A stretch of 64,000 nucleotides of DNA from Pseudomonadales bacterium (GTDB taxonomy: Bacteria; Pseudomonadota; Gammaproteobacteria; Pseudomonadales; UBA3067), in contig JBECKY010000077.1 of NCBI GenBank assembly GCA_040235475.1, positions 1,517 through 65,516 on the forward strand, read 5' to 3'. Under the pieces are notes generated by a model. The model did not search any database and had not been told where the DNA came from. It saw only the letters and a program-made list of their open reading frames with translations. Shown one piece after another: positions 29,491 to 40,626 of the stretch (position 1 is the first letter of the stretch; each line of letters starts with the position of its first letter). The position numbers were made by a program, and so were the translations under genes.

Positions 29491-30654
29491 TTATTCTGCT
29501 GACCTGGACTCCAACATCGCCACGGCAGGCAGGGTTTTACCTTCCAGGAATTCCAGGAATGCGCCACCGCCGGTGGATATATAGGAAATTTTATCCTTTA
29601 TTTGATATTTATCCACGGCGGCCAGTGTGTCGCCACCCCCGGCAATTGAAAAAGCGTCACTTTCGGCTATGGCTTTTGATATAACTTTTGTGCCCTCGCC
29701 AAATTGGTCAAATTCGAAAACGCCTACCGGCCCATTCCAGACAATGGTTTTGGCGTTAATCAGTAATTCTGCAAGCTTTGCTGAAGAGTCAGGGCCGATA
29801 TCTAATATAATATCGTCGCCTTCAATATCGGCAACGGTTTTTATTTTTGCTACAGCGTGTTCTGAAAATTCTTTGGCTACCACTACATCTGTTGGCAAGG
29901 GTATATGGGCTTTTTCCATTAGTGCTTTTGCTGTTTCCACTAAATCTTTTTCGTACAGGGATTTTCCTACATTAAAGCCTGCTGCAGCGAGAAAAGTATT
30001 GGCAATACCACCGCCAACTATTAACTGATCTACAATGCGGGTAAGGCTTTCGAGCACGGTTAATTTACTGGAGACTTTAGCCCCCCCAACGATAGCAACC
30101 ATCGGCCTGGCTGGATTTTTTAACGCCAAACCCAAAGCTTCAAGCTCCCTGGCCAGCAATGGGCCAGCACAGGCAAGCGGAGCGAATTTTGCTACACCAT
30201 GTGTAGATGCCTGCGCACGATGGGCAGCGCCAAAGGCGTCCATTACATAGATATCGCACAGTGCGGCCATTTTTCTGGCTAAGCTTTCATCATCTTTTTT
30301 TTCACCGACGTTAAAACGCACATTTTCGCATAACACCACTTCACCAGGCTGAACTTCAATGCCGTCTAAGTAGTTTGTTATTAACGGCACTGGCTGATTT
30401 AACAAAGTGCTCAGGCGTTTGGCCACGGGTGCCAGCGAGTAAGCTTGTTCAAATTCACCTTCTGTGGGGCGACCCAGGTGCGACATTATTATCACCGCTG
30501 CACCCGCATCCAGCGCCTGCTTGATGCCAGGAAGTGATGCCTGAATTCTAACATCACTGACAATTTCACCGTTTTTTATCGGTACATTAAGATCTTGCCG
30601 AATGAGCACTTTTTTTTCTGAAAGATTCAGCTCAGTCATTTTTTTAATGGTCAT
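29491..30654 (-). CDS. pgk: Phosphoglycerate kinase
   Basis: 387 aa with RQDLNVP, SHLGRP and GGGD motifs. Confidence 0.95.
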   Translation of the reverse strand: MTIKKMTELNLSEKKVLIRQDLNVPIKNGEIVSDVRIQASLPGIKQALDAGAAVIIMSHLGRPTEGEFEQAYSLAPVAKRLSTLLNQPVPLITNYLDGIEVQPGEVVLCENVRFNVGEKKDDESLARKMAALCDIYVMDAFGAAHRAQASTHGVAKFAPLACAGPLLARELEALGLALKNPARPMVAIVGGAKVSSKLTVLESLTRIVDQLIVGGGIANTFLAAAGFNVGKSLYEKDLVETAKALMEKAHIPLPTDVVVAKEFSEHAVAKIKTVADIEGDDIILDIGPDSSAKLAELLINAKTIVWNGPVGVFEFDQFGEGTKVISKAIAESDAFSIAGGGDTLAAVDKYQIKDKISYISTGGGAFLEFLEGKTLPAVAMLESRSAE

Positions 30655-30728
30655 AATGAAAATTTTACCCTGAATTTTTAACTTTGATTGTATTGCCTAA
30701 GCCTTTCGTATTCACCTTGCAATATTCG

Positions 30729-31748
30729 TTATATTTTTTGCTCCAGCACATTGACTATATCAAGCATGCGATTGGCATAAGCCCATTCGTTATCGTACCA
30801 GGCAACAATTTTAACCAGCTGATTAATCACTATTGTTTGTGTAGCATCAAAAATGGCTGAGGCCGGATTATGGTAGAAGTCCTTTGAAACCAGGGGTAAT
30901 TCGTTATAGTCTATCAAGCGATTTGTTACTTTTGATGACGCTTTAATGCATTGGTTAATGGCTTCAGCGGTTGCCGGTGCCTGCATCTGGAGCGTAATGT
31001 CCACCGCTGCCACATTCAGCGTAGGTACACGCATCGAATACCCGGTTACCTTGCCCAGCATTTCCGGTAATACCTTTTCCAGAGCAGCAATGGCTCCGCT
31101 TGTTGTCGGAATCAGCGATTGTGTCGCCGAACGGGCGCGGCGGGGATCTTTATGGATACCGTCCACTAAGCGCTGATTATTGCTGTAAGAGTGGATGGTG
31201 GTAAACAAGCCACTGACTATTTTAAATTCGGCATTTAAATCTTGCAAAATAGGCGCCATGCAATTAGTAGTGCAGGAAGCCATTGAGATAATCATGTCGT
31301 CAGCGGTAATTAATTGCTCATTGACGCCATAAACAACAGTGCGATCGACTTCGCCTAATGCTGGCGCACCGATAATAACTTTTTTTGCCCCGGCACTGAT
31401 ATGTTTGGACGCACCTTCCCGACTGATAAATTTTCCACTGCACTCGAGTACAATATCAACCTGCTCTTTGGCCCAGGGTAAATCATCAGGCTTTTGTATT
31501 TGTAACAGCTTTATTATATTACCGTTTACCTGTAGCGCTGATTCCTTGCCGCTTTTTTTAAGCGCTACAGTGCCGTGAAATTTCCCGTGGGTCGAATCAT
31601 ATTGAAACAGGTGGCTCAACATTTCTGGAGCACCCAGATCATTAATGGCGACTATTTCGATGGTTTTACCAAACCCAGACTCATAAAACGCACGCAACAG
31701 GCTGCGACCTATTCGCCCGAATCCGTTTATTGCGACCCTCACTGGCAT
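30729..31748 (-). CDS. epd: GAPDH-family dehydrogenase, probably erythrose-4-phosphate dehydrogenase
   Basis: 339 aa with INGFGRIGR and the SCTTNC active site. Its position between tkt and pgk matches epd in E. coli and Pseudomonas. Substrate specificity is not proven by sequence alone. Confidence 0.7.
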   Translation of the reverse strand: MPVRVAINGFGRIGRSLLRAFYESGFGKTIEIVAINDLGAPEMLSHLFQYDSTHGKFHGTVALKKSGKESALQVNGNIIKLLQIQKPDDLPWAKEQVDIVLECSGKFISREGASKHISAGAKKVIIGAPALGEVDRTVVYGVNEQLITADDMIISMASCTTNCMAPILQDLNAEFKIVSGLFTTIHSYSNNQRLVDGIHKDPRRARSATQSLIPTTSGAIAALEKVLPEMLGKVTGYSMRVPTLNVAAVDITLQMQAPATAEAINQCIKASSKVTNRLIDYNELPLVSKDFYHNPASAIFDATQTIVINQLVKIVAWYDNEWAYANRMLDIVNVLEQKI

Positions 31749-31802
31749 AAGACAGTCACTTGTTTAATTAATCGTAAGCGTTTAAGAGAACTTCCAGGTC
31801 TG

Positions 31803-33797
31803 CTATAACAGCTTTTGCGCGGCTTCGACCACTTTTTCAGCAGTAATACCAAAATGTTGATACAGATCTGCTATGGGTGCTGAAGCACCAAAACTGTCCA
31901 TGCCTATAATTTGCCCTTCTAATCCCACATACTTGTACCAATAGTCTTTAGCAGCGGCTTCGATAGCAATGCGAGCGCGAACCTTACTTGGCAAAACTGA
32001 CTGCTTATAGCTTTCATCCTGACTATCGAATACATCGGTGGAAGGCATGGAAACAAGCCTGACTTGCAGATTTTGCTGCGCCAGCTTGTCACTGGCTTGT
32101 ACTGCAATCTCAACTTCAGAGCCGGTTGCAATCAAGATCAAATCCGGCTCGCCAGCACAGTCTTTCAGGACATAAGCGCCGCGGGCAATATCAGCCACTT
32201 GCTGGGCATTGCGAGGCATGCAAGGCAGGCCTTGCCGGGAAAATATCAGTGAGGTAGGGCCGGATTCCCGTTCAATTGCCACTTTCCAGGCTACTGCTGA
32301 CTCGGTGGTATCGCAGGGACGCCAGGTAGACATATTCGGTGTCAGGCGTAGCGTCGCCAACTGCTCTACAGGTTGGTGAGTCGGGCCATCTTCACCCAGA
32401 CCGATGGAATCGTGAGTGTAAACAAATATAACTCGCTGCTTCATCAAGGCAGCCATGCGTACAGCATTACGAGCATAGTCCATAAACACTAAAAAGGTGG
32501 CGCCGTAAGGAATAAAGCCCTTATGCAGGGCAATGCCGTTCATGATGGCCGACATGGCAAATTCACGTACGCCGTAATATATGTAGTTACCGTTACACAC
32601 CAGTTTGCTAAGGCCTTTGGAACCTTGCCATAAGGTCAGATTAGAGCCGGCCAGATCGGCTGAGCCACCAAGAAGCTCAGGCAGCAAGGGGCCAAAAGCA
32701 TTCAGGCTGTTTTGTGAAGCTTTGCGAGTGGCAATTTTTTCCGCTTTTTCCTGGGCGGCCTGAATAAAATCTGTCGCTGATTGCTGCCAGTTTTTAGGTA
32801 ATTCACCGGCCATTCTGCGTTGAAATTCTGCCGCCAACTCTGGATAAGCATTTTTATAGGCCTCAAAATGCCGTTGCCAGCCATGCTCTGAGTCTGAACC
32901 TTCGGCCTGATGGTTCCAAGCCTGATAAATCTCATCCGGTATTGAAAAGGCAGGGTGCTTCCACTGTAAAAAAGCCCGGGCAGCAGCCACTTCCTCTTCA
33001 CCCAAGGGCGAGCCATGGACATTTTCTGAGCCTTGTTTATTGGGCGCACCAAAACCGATAATCGTTTTACAGCAAATTAATGTAGGCTGATTTTTATTCG
33101 CCAAGGCTGCTGCAATGGCACTTCGAATCGCAGCTGCGTCATGGCCATCCACATTAGCAATAACCTGCCAGCCGTAGGCTTCAAAACGCTTTGCTGTGTC
33201 ATCGGTAAACCAGTCTTCTACCTCACCATCTATCGAGATACCGTTATCATCATAAAAACCGATTAATTTGCCCAAACCCAGGGTGCCTGCCAATGAACAA
33301 GCTTCATGGGAAATACCTTCCATCAAGCAGCCGTCACCCATAAAAACATAGGTGTTATGGTCGACTATTTTATAGCCGCCTCTATTGAATTGATCAGCAA
33401 GGGTTTTTTCAGCAATGGCCATGCCGACTGCATTGGCCAAACCTTGGCCTAAAGGCCCTGTGGTGGTTTCTACACCTGGGGTATCAGTATACTCTGGATG
33501 GCCTGGAGTCTTTGACTTTAACTGTCTGAAATTCTTAATATCTTCAATAGTAAGTGAGTACCCACTTAAATGCAGCAAGCTGTACAACAGCATTGACCCA
33601 TGGCCATTTGAGAGTACAAAACGGTCCCGATCCACCCATTCCGGGTTAGCTGGGTTATGCTTAAGAAAATCATTCCAGAGCACTTCGGCTATATCCGCCA
33701 TACCCATCGGCGCTCCAGGGTGGCCACTGTTTGCCCTCTGTACGGCATCCATGCTTAAAGCTCGAATAGCATTTGCTAATTCACGACGGGTGGGCAT
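31803..33797 (-). CDS. tktA: Transketolase
   Basis: The track ORF extends to 33884. The conserved N-terminus [28 protein letters not shown] starts at codon 30, which puts the start at 33797. The ThDP motif GDGCLMEG is present. Confidence 0.95.
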   Translation of the reverse strand: MPTRRELANAIRALSMDAVQRANSGHPGAPMGMADIAEVLWNDFLKHNPANPEWVDRDRFVLSNGHGSMLLYSLLHLSGYSLTIEDIKNFRQLKSKTPGHPEYTDTPGVETTTGPLGQGLANAVGMAIAEKTLADQFNRGGYKIVDHNTYVFMGDGCLMEGISHEACSLAGTLGLGKLIGFYDDNGISIDGEVEDWFTDDTAKRFEAYGWQVIANVDGHDAAAIRSAIAAALANKNQPTLICCKTIIGFGAPNKQGSENVHGSPLGEEEVAAARAFLQWKHPAFSIPDEIYQAWNHQAEGSDSEHGWQRHFEAYKNAYPELAAEFQRRMAGELPKNWQQSATDFIQAAQEKAEKIATRKASQNSLNAFGPLLPELLGGSADLAGSNLTLWQGSKGLSKLVCNGNYIYYGVREFAMSAIMNGIALHKGFIPYGATFLVFMDYARNAVRMAALMKQRVIFVYTHDSIGLGEDGPTHQPVEQLATLRLTPNMSTWRPCDTTESAVAWKVAIERESGPTSLIFSRQGLPCMPRNAQQVADIARGAYVLKDCAGEPDLILIATGSEVEIAVQASDKLAQQNLQVRLVSMPSTDVFDSQDESYKQSVLPSKVRARIAIEAAAKDYWYKYVGLEGQIIGMDSFGASAPIADLYQHFGITAEKVVEAAQKLL

Positions 33798-34229
33798 GTT
33801 GAAAACTCCTGGAATGCGGGCTGTTTTTGAGAGGGCGGTATTTTCTCTTACATAGGAGGATTGGGCAACCAAAACCCGCTGCATTATTGATAAATTCGCA
33901 AATTCCTAGCATGAACCCTCAATATAGCGACGTTTAAGGCTACATTCTACCCTTGAAAACGTTTTGTATGGTTATGATCTATGGGTGCTGGAAGCCACTT
34001 GCTAAGCCTCTTTGCCCCCATTACTATGCAGATTAAATTCAGGCACCGCCATTAATAGGCCTGGGCGTTCAAGATTTTTGCGTTCGTAACTTGTTCAGAG
34101 GCTCCTTAACGCTTTATTAATCCTGCTCAAACTGCTATGAATTTTAACGCATGAAACTAAGGCTTAAAGCCTGTACAATTATCCGCTATTAAATTTTTAC
34201 CTTACCTATTTATTAAGGAGCCAACCATT

Positions 34230-35393
34230 ATGGCTGAATACAATGTGTTTACTTCTGAATCGGTCTCAGAGGGCCACCCAGATAAAGTAGCCGACCAGAT
34301 TTCTGACGCCATACTGGATGCCATTCTTGCTGAAGATAAACAAGCCCGAGTGGCCTGCGAAACCCTAGTAAAAACCGGTATGGTCATTGTCGCCGGAGAA
34401 ATCACCACTCGCGCCTATGTTGATATAGAAGAAATCGTGCGTAACGTGGTTAGAAACATTGGCTACACCAGTTCAGAGATTGGTTTTGATGCCGCCTCCT
34501 GTGCAGTACTTAATGCTATCGGTAAACAATCTCCCGATATAGCCATGGGTGTAGATGAAACCAATAACCATGAACAAGGTGCTGGTGATCAGGGCCTGAT
34601 GTTCGGCTATGCCAGTAATGAAACTGACGTATTAATGCCCGCACCGATTACTTACGCCCACAGACTGGTGCACAGACAAGCACAAGTCAGGAAAAATGGT
34701 ATCTTGCCCTGGTTGCGGCCCGATGCCAAAAGCCAGATTACCTTCCAATACGATGAGGCAGGCAGGCCAGTAGCCATTGATGCAGTCGTACTATCGACCC
34801 AGCATAACGCTGATATTAAACAGACGGATCTGCATGAAGCAGTGATGGAAGAAATTATTAAGCCAGTGCTCCCCGAAGAGTGGCTAACGCCCGACACCAA
34901 ATATTTTATTAACCCTACCGGGCAATTTATTATCGGCGGACCTGTCGGCGACTGCGGTCTCACCGGCAGAAAAATCATCGTTGACACCTACGGCGGCATG
35001 GCCAGACATGGTGGCGGCGCATTTTCAGGAAAAGACCCGTCGAAGGTTGACCGTTCTGCCGCTTACGCCGGCCGTTACGTTGCCAAAAATATTGTCGCCG
35101 CCGGACTGGCTGAGCGCTGCGAAATTCAGGTTTCTTATGCTATCGGCGTTGCAGAACCCACCTCCATCAGCATTAACACCTTTGGTACCGGCATAATCAG
35201 TGATGAAAAAATTATTGCTCTGGTGCGCGAACATTTTGAGCTGCGGCCAAAAGGCTTAATTGCCATGCTGGATCTGTTAAGACCTGTTTATCTCAAGACT
35301 GCAGCCTACGGCCATTTCGGCCGCGAAGATGCCGATTTTACCTGGGAAAGAACCGATAAGGCCGAAGCCCTAAAAGCATCGGCTAACTTATAA
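34230..35393 (+). CDS. metK: S-adenosylmethionine synthetase
   Basis: 387 aa with [19 protein letters not shown] and GGGAFSGKD motifs. Confidence 0.97.
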   Translation: MAEYNVFTSESVSEGHPDKVADQISDAILDAILAEDKQARVACETLVKTGMVIVAGEITTRAYVDIEEIVRNVVRNIGYTSSEIGFDAASCAVLNAIGKQSPDIAMGVDETNNHEQGAGDQGLMFGYASNETDVLMPAPITYAHRLVHRQAQVRKNGILPWLRPDAKSQITFQYDEAGRPVAIDAVVLSTQHNADIKQTDLHEAVMEEIIKPVLPEEWLTPDTKYFINPTGQFIIGGPVGDCGLTGRKIIVDTYGGMARHGGGAFSGKDPSKVDRSAAYAGRYVAKNIVAAGLAERCEIQVSYAIGVAEPTSISINTFGTGIISDEKIIALVREHFELRPKGLIAMLDLLRPVYLKTAAYGHFGREDADFTWERTDKAEALKASANL

Positions 35394-35455
35394 ATGAAAC
35401 AGCAGGCATTATTAAAAATGCTGCCTATTTTCACCTTTTAAATGAGAATATAAAC

Positions 35456-36844
35456 ATGAGTGCGCAATTGAAAAAAAATGACACCGACTATAAAGTCGCG
35501 GATATCAGCCTTGCCGAATGGGGCAGAAAAGAAATAGCTATCGCTGAAACCGAAATGCCCGCATTGATGACTCTGCGGAGAAAATATAAAAAAGAACAAC
35601 CTTTAAAAGGTGCAAAAATTCTTGGCTGTATTCATATGACCATTCAAACCGCCGTGCTGATTGAAACCCTGGTTGAACTGGGTGCCGAAGTTCGTTGGTC
35701 TTCGTGTAATATTTTTTCTACTCAAGATCATGCCGCAGCCGCCATGGCTGCAAAAGGCATTGCTGTTTACGCCTGGAAAGGCCAAACAGAAGAGGAAAGC
35801 GAATGGTGCATTGAACAAACCATTTTAAAAAATGGCGAGCCTTGGGACGCCAACATGATTCTTGACGATGGCGGCGATCTAACTGCCATGGCACATAATA
35901 AGTACCCCCAGATTCTTGATCATGTACATGGCATTACCGAAGAAACAACCACTGGCGTACTTCGTCTGGAAGAAATGCTGGCTAAAGGAAGCTTGAATGT
36001 ACCAGCCATTAATGTGAATGACTCTATAACCAAATCAAAAAATGACAATCGTTATGGTTGTCGCCACAGCCTGAACGATGGCATAAAACGTGGCACCGAC
36101 ATGTTGCTGGCGGGCAAAAAAGCCCTGGTATTTGGCTATGGCGACGTAGGCAAAGGCTCAGTTATGAGCCTGAACCAGGAAGGCATGATAGTTCGCGTCG
36201 CTGAAATCGACCCTATCTGTGCCATGCAGGCCTGTATGGATGGTTTTGAAGTGGTTTCACCCTATAACGCCGGCATCAATACCGGCAAGCTGGAAGATAT
36301 CAATAATACTTTATTGGCAAACACTGATTTGGTGGTTACTACCACGGGTAACATCAATGTTTGCGATAAAAATGTTTTGCAAGCACTAAAATCCGGCGCT
36401 GTGGTTTGTAACATTGGTCACTTTGACAATGAAATCGATACTCAATTCATGCGTGATACCTGGAAATGGGAAGAAGTAAAACCACAAGTACATAAAATTT
36501 ATCGCTCAGAAAAACCCGGTGACCATTTAATTTTATTATCAGAAGGCCGACTGGTTAACCTGGGCAATGCTACAGGCCACCCTTCTCGCGTAATGGACGG
36601 CTCATTTGCAAATCAGGTGCTGGCACAAATTTATTTATATGAAAAGAAATTCGCCAACTTGTCTAAAAACTATAAACAGGACGAAATCAGCATTCAAGTA
36701 TTACCTAAACACCTGGATGAAGAAGTTGCACAATACATGGTGGAAGGTTTTGGCGGGGTAATTACTCGCTTAACCGCAGAGCAGGCGAAATATATTAATG
36801 TTTCAATTAATGGCCCTTTCAAAAAAAATGATTACAAGTATTAA
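35456..36844 (+). CDS. ahcY: Adenosylhomocysteinase
   Basis: 462 aa with [17 protein letters not shown] and the NAD-binding motif GYGDVGKG. Confidence 0.97.
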   Translation: MSAQLKKNDTDYKVADISLAEWGRKEIAIAETEMPALMTLRRKYKKEQPLKGAKILGCIHMTIQTAVLIETLVELGAEVRWSSCNIFSTQDHAAAAMAAKGIAVYAWKGQTEEESEWCIEQTILKNGEPWDANMILDDGGDLTAMAHNKYPQILDHVHGITEETTTGVLRLEEMLAKGSLNVPAINVNDSITKSKNDNRYGCRHSLNDGIKRGTDMLLAGKKALVFGYGDVGKGSVMSLNQEGMIVRVAEIDPICAMQACMDGFEVVSPYNAGINTGKLEDINNTLLANTDLVVTTTGNINVCDKNVLQALKSGAVVCNIGHFDNEIDTQFMRDTWKWEEVKPQVHKIYRSEKPGDHLILLSEGRLVNLGNATGHPSRVMDGSFANQVLAQIYLYEKKFANLSKNYKQDEISIQVLPKHLDEEVAQYMVEGFGGVITRLTAEQAKYINVSINGPFKKNDYKY

Positions 36845-36881
36845 ACTTACTCTTTCTTGCATACTTAAGCAGTAACTCTTA

Positions 36882-37724
36882 ATGAACACAGCAAAAAAAG
36901 ACAAACGCTTCAGTTTTGAATTTTTCCCACCCAAAACTGCAACAGGTGTTGAAAAACTTAGAGATGTAAGAATAAAACTTGCCGAAAAAAATCCTGCTTT
37001 TTTCTCTGTCACCTATGGTGCTGGCGGCTCAACCCGCGATGGAACAAAAAACACTGTTACAGAAATTAAGCAGGCTGGGCTTTCGGTCGCACCGCACCTT
37101 TCTTATGGTGGTGATGACACAGAAGCGCTGCTCGAGCTTATTGCTTATTATAAATCCATTGGCATCGATCGCATCGTTGCCTTAAGAGGCGACATTCCTT
37201 CCGGCACTGGCAGCACACGGCTGATCCATGCTAATCAATTGGTGGAGTTTATCAGAGAGCACACCGGAGAACATTTTCATCTTGAAGTGGCGGCCTATCC
37301 AGAAATCCACCCGCAGTCTAAGAGCTACGCTTCTGATTTGCATTTCTTTAAGCAGAAAATCAATGCCGGGGCCAATAGCGCCATCACACAGTATTTTTAT
37401 AATCCAGATGCCTACTTCTATTATCTCGACAGCGCCCGCGACCATGGTATAAATGTGCCCATCTACCCAGGCATTATGCCCATCACCAACTACGTTAACC
37501 TCGCTCGATTTTCAGATGCGTGCGGAGCAGAAATCCCGCGCTGGATTCGCAAAAAGCTTGAAACCTATAAAGACGACATGGACAGTATCAGTGCTTTCGG
37601 CACTGAACTTGTCACCGGAATGTGTGAAACATTATTGGCCGGTGGCGCACCAGGCTTGCATTTTTATACCATGAACCAGGCCGAGCCTACTCTGGCCCTA
37701 TGGGAAAACCTTGGCTTAGACTAA
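36882..37724 (+). CDS. metF: 5,10-methylenetetrahydrofolate reductase
   Basis: 280 aa with FSFEFFPPKT and VTYGAGGSTR motifs. It follows ahcY, as in Pseudomonas. Confidence 0.93.
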   Translation: MNTAKKDKRFSFEFFPPKTATGVEKLRDVRIKLAEKNPAFFSVTYGAGGSTRDGTKNTVTEIKQAGLSVAPHLSYGGDDTEALLELIAYYKSIGIDRIVALRGDIPSGTGSTRLIHANQLVEFIREHTGEHFHLEVAAYPEIHPQSKSYASDLHFFKQKINAGANSAITQYFYNPDAYFYYLDSARDHGINVPIYPGIMPITNYVNLARFSDACGAEIPRWIRKKLETYKDDMDSISAFGTELVTGMCETLLAGGAPGLHFYTMNQAEPTLALWENLGLD

Positions 37725-37797
37725 CAGTTTAACTTTACATTCGCAGTACCACTTTATTTTACACGGCCAGCGCCACTGCAGAACCTCGGCACCACGC

Positions 37798-37820
37798 GCC
37801 TAACTGCCTAACTGCCTAAC
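37798..37820. repeat. Tandem octamer GCCTAACT, about 2.9 copies
   Basis: GCCTAACTGCCTAACTGCCTAAC lies in the metF-bioA spacer, 100 nt upstream of the bioA start. Confidence 0.8.
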
Positions 37821-37920
37821 AATTCCTATATGTCTGCCCTTACCGTACAATCCCAAGATACAATTTAAACGTATAGCCAAGCGTACTATTTTATTACCAA
37901 ATCAAAAAGCGGAGAGGACT

Positions 37921-39273
37921 ATGACCACCAACGCTGATTTAAACCACAGAGACCTGAACACGCTTTGGCACCCCTGCACCCAGATGAAAGACCATGAGCG
38001 GCTCCCGCTTATTCCTATTAAGCGAGGCGAGGGAGTCTGGCTAGAAGATTTTGACGGCAATCGTTATATTGATGCAATCAGTTCATGGTGGGTAAATATT
38101 TTTGGTCATGCTAATCCACGGATTAACAAATCCATAAAACAGCAACTTGATAATTTAGAACACGTTATTCTGGCTGGTTTTTCCCATCAACCGGTTATTG
38201 AGCTTTCTGAACAACTGGTGAGCATCACGCCCGAAGGCCTTACTCGTTGTTTTTATGCCGATAACGGTTCCTCGGCTGTTGAAATATCCCTAAAAATGAG
38301 CTTTCACTATTGGCAAAATATAGGGGAAGCCAAAAAAACAAAATTTGTCAATCTTGCTAACAGCTACCATGGTGAAACCCTCGCGGCATTGTCGGTTGGA
38401 GACGTTGCTCTGTACAAGGAAATTTATCAGCCCCTGTTAATGGATGTATTTACCGCCCCCAGCCCCGATTGTTATTACCGGGAGGCCGGTGAAAGCTGGG
38501 AAGCCTATTCTTTAAGACAGTTTGAAGCCATGGAAAAGCTGCTTAAAAAGCATCATCATGAAGTCTGCGCGGTCATTGTTGAGCCGCTAATACAATGCGC
38601 AGGCAACATGCGCATGTATCACCCGATTTATTTACAAAAACTCAGGCAAGCCTGTGATCGCTACAATGTGCATTTAATTGCCGATGAAATTGCCACAGGC
38701 TTTGGTAGAACCGGCACCATGTTTGCCTGTGAACAGGCAAACATCACGCCTGATTTTATGTGTTTATCGAAAGGTTTAACCGGCGGCTATTTACCTTTGT
38801 CTGCAGTATTAACCAACGAGCATATTTATCAGGCTTTTTACGATGATTACAACAACCGGAAAACTTTTTTGCATTCACACAGCTTTACCGGGAATCCTTT
38901 AGGCTGTGCCGCTGCGCTGGCCACCCTGGATATATTTAAAACTGACAACATTATTGAAAAAAACAAGGTGCTTGCTAAGCATATGGGACAAGCTGCAGCA
39001 CACTTAAATGACCATCCAAACGTTGCTGAAGTTAGGCAATGCGGCATGGTCCTTGCCATTGAAATGATTAAAAATAAAACTACTCGCGAAGAATTTCCCT
39101 GGCAAGAACGTCGCGGCTTGCGGGTTTATGAATATGCGCTAAGCCAAGGCGCCCTGCTGCGTCCACTCGGTAACGTCGTCTACTTTATGCCACCTTATGT
39201 TATCACCGAAGAACAAATTGACGCTTTGTTTGCTATTGCAGGCAGGGGCATAGATATTGCTTTTAGGGATTAA
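37921..39273 (+). CDS. bioA: Adenosylmethionine-8-amino-7-oxononanoate aminotransferase
   Basis: 450 aa, class III aminotransferase. ADEIATGFGRTG and the PLP lysine in CLSKGLTGG are present. Confidence 0.93.
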   Translation: MTTNADLNHRDLNTLWHPCTQMKDHERLPLIPIKRGEGVWLEDFDGNRYIDAISSWWVNIFGHANPRINKSIKQQLDNLEHVILAGFSHQPVIELSEQLVSITPEGLTRCFYADNGSSAVEISLKMSFHYWQNIGEAKKTKFVNLANSYHGETLAALSVGDVALYKEIYQPLLMDVFTAPSPDCYYREAGESWEAYSLRQFEAMEKLLKKHHHEVCAVIVEPLIQCAGNMRMYHPIYLQKLRQACDRYNVHLIADEIATGFGRTGTMFACEQANITPDFMCLSKGLTGGYLPLSAVLTNEHIYQAFYDDYNNRKTFLHSHSFTGNPLGCAAALATLDIFKTDNIIEKNKVLAKHMGQAAAHLNDHPNVAEVRQCGMVLAIEMIKNKTTREEFPWQERRGLRVYEYALSQGALLRPLGNVVYFMPPYVITEEQIDALFAIAGRGIDIAFRD

Positions 39274-39289
39274 GCAGGGGATTTGTTTA

Positions 39290-40024
39290 ATGCGCTTAAC
39301 CCGAATTTATCAAAATGCAACGATCAACGTAGGCCAAAGTACTCAACTTGATAGTCGCGCCCATAATCATATTGTTAATGTCTTGCGCTCAAAGCCTGGC
39401 GATAGTTTAATTTTATTTGATGGCTCGGGCCAAGAATACAATTGCATCATTGCTTCCTGCAATAAAAAGCAAACTATTATTAAGGTTATTGCTGCCTTTT
39501 CTCCTCAGCTGGAGTCCAGTTTAAACATTCACCTTGGTCAAGCAATTTCGAATGGCGACCGCATGGATCTTGCTATCCAAAAGTCAGTTGAGCTAGGCGT
39601 TACTGAAATAACTCCGCTAAAAACTGATTTCTGTGGCTTTAAATTATCTGAAGAGCGCTTAGAAAAAAAACTCAAACATTGGCAACAGGTCGCTATCAGT
39701 GCTTGCGAACAATGTCAAAGAAATGTTATTCCAACTATTTACCAGCCCGTTGATTTAAAGACCTGGGTAACGAATACACATGCAGATTTGAAATTAATAT
39801 TTGATCCAAGCGAAGAAAACCCAATAGCTTCTTTGACTAGGCCTAAAACCATTGCGTTAGCTATTGGTCCAGAAGGAGGCTTTTCTGAAATAGAAGTCCT
39901 TGCTGCCGAAAAAAATGCATTTACTAAAACCACCCTTGGGCCTAGAGTTCTCAGAACTGAAACTGCCCCAATAGCTGCTCTTAGTATTTTTCAATACCTT
40001 TGGGGTGACCTGGGGAATTTCTGA
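39290..40024 (+). CDS. rsmE: 16S rRNA (uracil1498-N3)-methyltransferase
   Basis: The track ORF starts at 39257. The conserved N-terminus MRLTRIY starts at 39290. The C-terminal motif GPEGGFSEIE…LGPRVLRTETA is present. Confidence 0.9.
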   Translation: MRLTRIYQNATINVGQSTQLDSRAHNHIVNVLRSKPGDSLILFDGSGQEYNCIIASCNKKQTIIKVIAAFSPQLESSLNIHLGQAISNGDRMDLAIQKSVELGVTEITPLKTDFCGFKLSEERLEKKLKHWQQVAISACEQCQRNVIPTIYQPVDLKTWVTNTHADLKLIFDPSEENPIASLTRPKTIALAIGPEGGFSEIEVLAAEKNAFTKTTLGPRVLRTETAPIAALSIFQYLWGDLGNF

Positions 40025-40039
40025 ATAAAGCCTGGCCGT

Positions 40040-40068
40040 AAAAAATTTATCCGCAGATCACTATGCGG
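40040..40068 (-). terminator. Putative intrinsic terminator after chpC
   Basis: The minus strand reads CCGCA-TAGTGATC-TGCGG followed by ATAAATTTTTT. The stem is short. Confidence 0.4.
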
Positions 40069-40087
40069 TATACCTTGTTATAAATTT

Positions 40088-40561
40088 TTAAAGTGCGCTG
40101 ATGATGACTTGCTCGATTCTTTCCAGCGCAGGTATAATAACTGCCTCACCGTTTACGCTTAGATTGATATGATCCGCAAAGTGTCCGCTTCTTTCTTCCT
40201 GTGATATTTCTCTTGGGAAAACCCGCGTCAATCTTGGAATACCTTGGCATACAAGCCCATAAAAAGATAGTTCACTATGGCCTTGAATACCATTCATTAT
40301 AACTATTCTTGAGGTATTATTGATATCGGCAATGCCTCGCTCATTAATCCCCTCATAGGAAACCAAAGGAATGTTTAACTCTCTCCATTTTATATCACCT
40401 AAATACCATTCAGGTTTTTCAGGAATTTTCTCAATACTGCTAACACCGACTATTTCCGCAATAGCTACGTTTGGCAGTAATAACACCACTTCATTCATTT
40501 GAAGTAATAAACCTGCTACCTGTTCTGGTAAATTTTGCTTCTTCTGTGTTGCTGTTGGCAT
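40088..40561 (-). CDS. chpC: CheW-like coupling protein ChpC
   Basis: 157 aa with a single CheW domain. It is the last gene of the pilGHIJK-chpABC cluster. Confidence 0.8.
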   Translation of the reverse strand: MPTATQKKQNLPEQVAGLLLQMNEVVLLLPNVAIAEIVGVSSIEKIPEKPEWYLGDIKWRELNIPLVSYEGINERGIADINNTSRIVIMNGIQGHSELSFYGLVCQGIPRLTRVFPREISQEERSGHFADHINLSVNGEAVIIPALERIEQVIISAL

Positions 40562-40626
40562 AATAATTTTCCATACACCTTTTAAGCAATATTAAGAGGC
40601 CAAAACAGCCGGCCTCTCAAACTGCA

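Noticed and set aside
33798-33884. N-terminal extensions of track ORFs: tkt 33884, rsmE 39257, pilG 52752, yqgE 54907, tex 56173, pyrR 58632, paralogue B 2579 and FAH 21772
   Set aside because: The conserved family N-termini begin at internal start codons. The extensions overlap upstream genes or lack an RBS, so I moved the starts rather than calling longer proteins.
33885-34229. Possible SAM-responsive riboswitch in the 345-nt tkt/metK divergent spacer. A possible SAH riboswitch before ahcY (35394-35455) was also considered.
   Set aside because: I could not recognise SAM-I, SAM-II, SAM-V or SAH riboswitch core motifs by eye. I found only an AGGCTT-A-AAGCCT palindrome (about 34162-34174) and a weak bulged hairpin plus a short T-run after metK. 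An Rfam covariance scan would be needed to exclude them formally.
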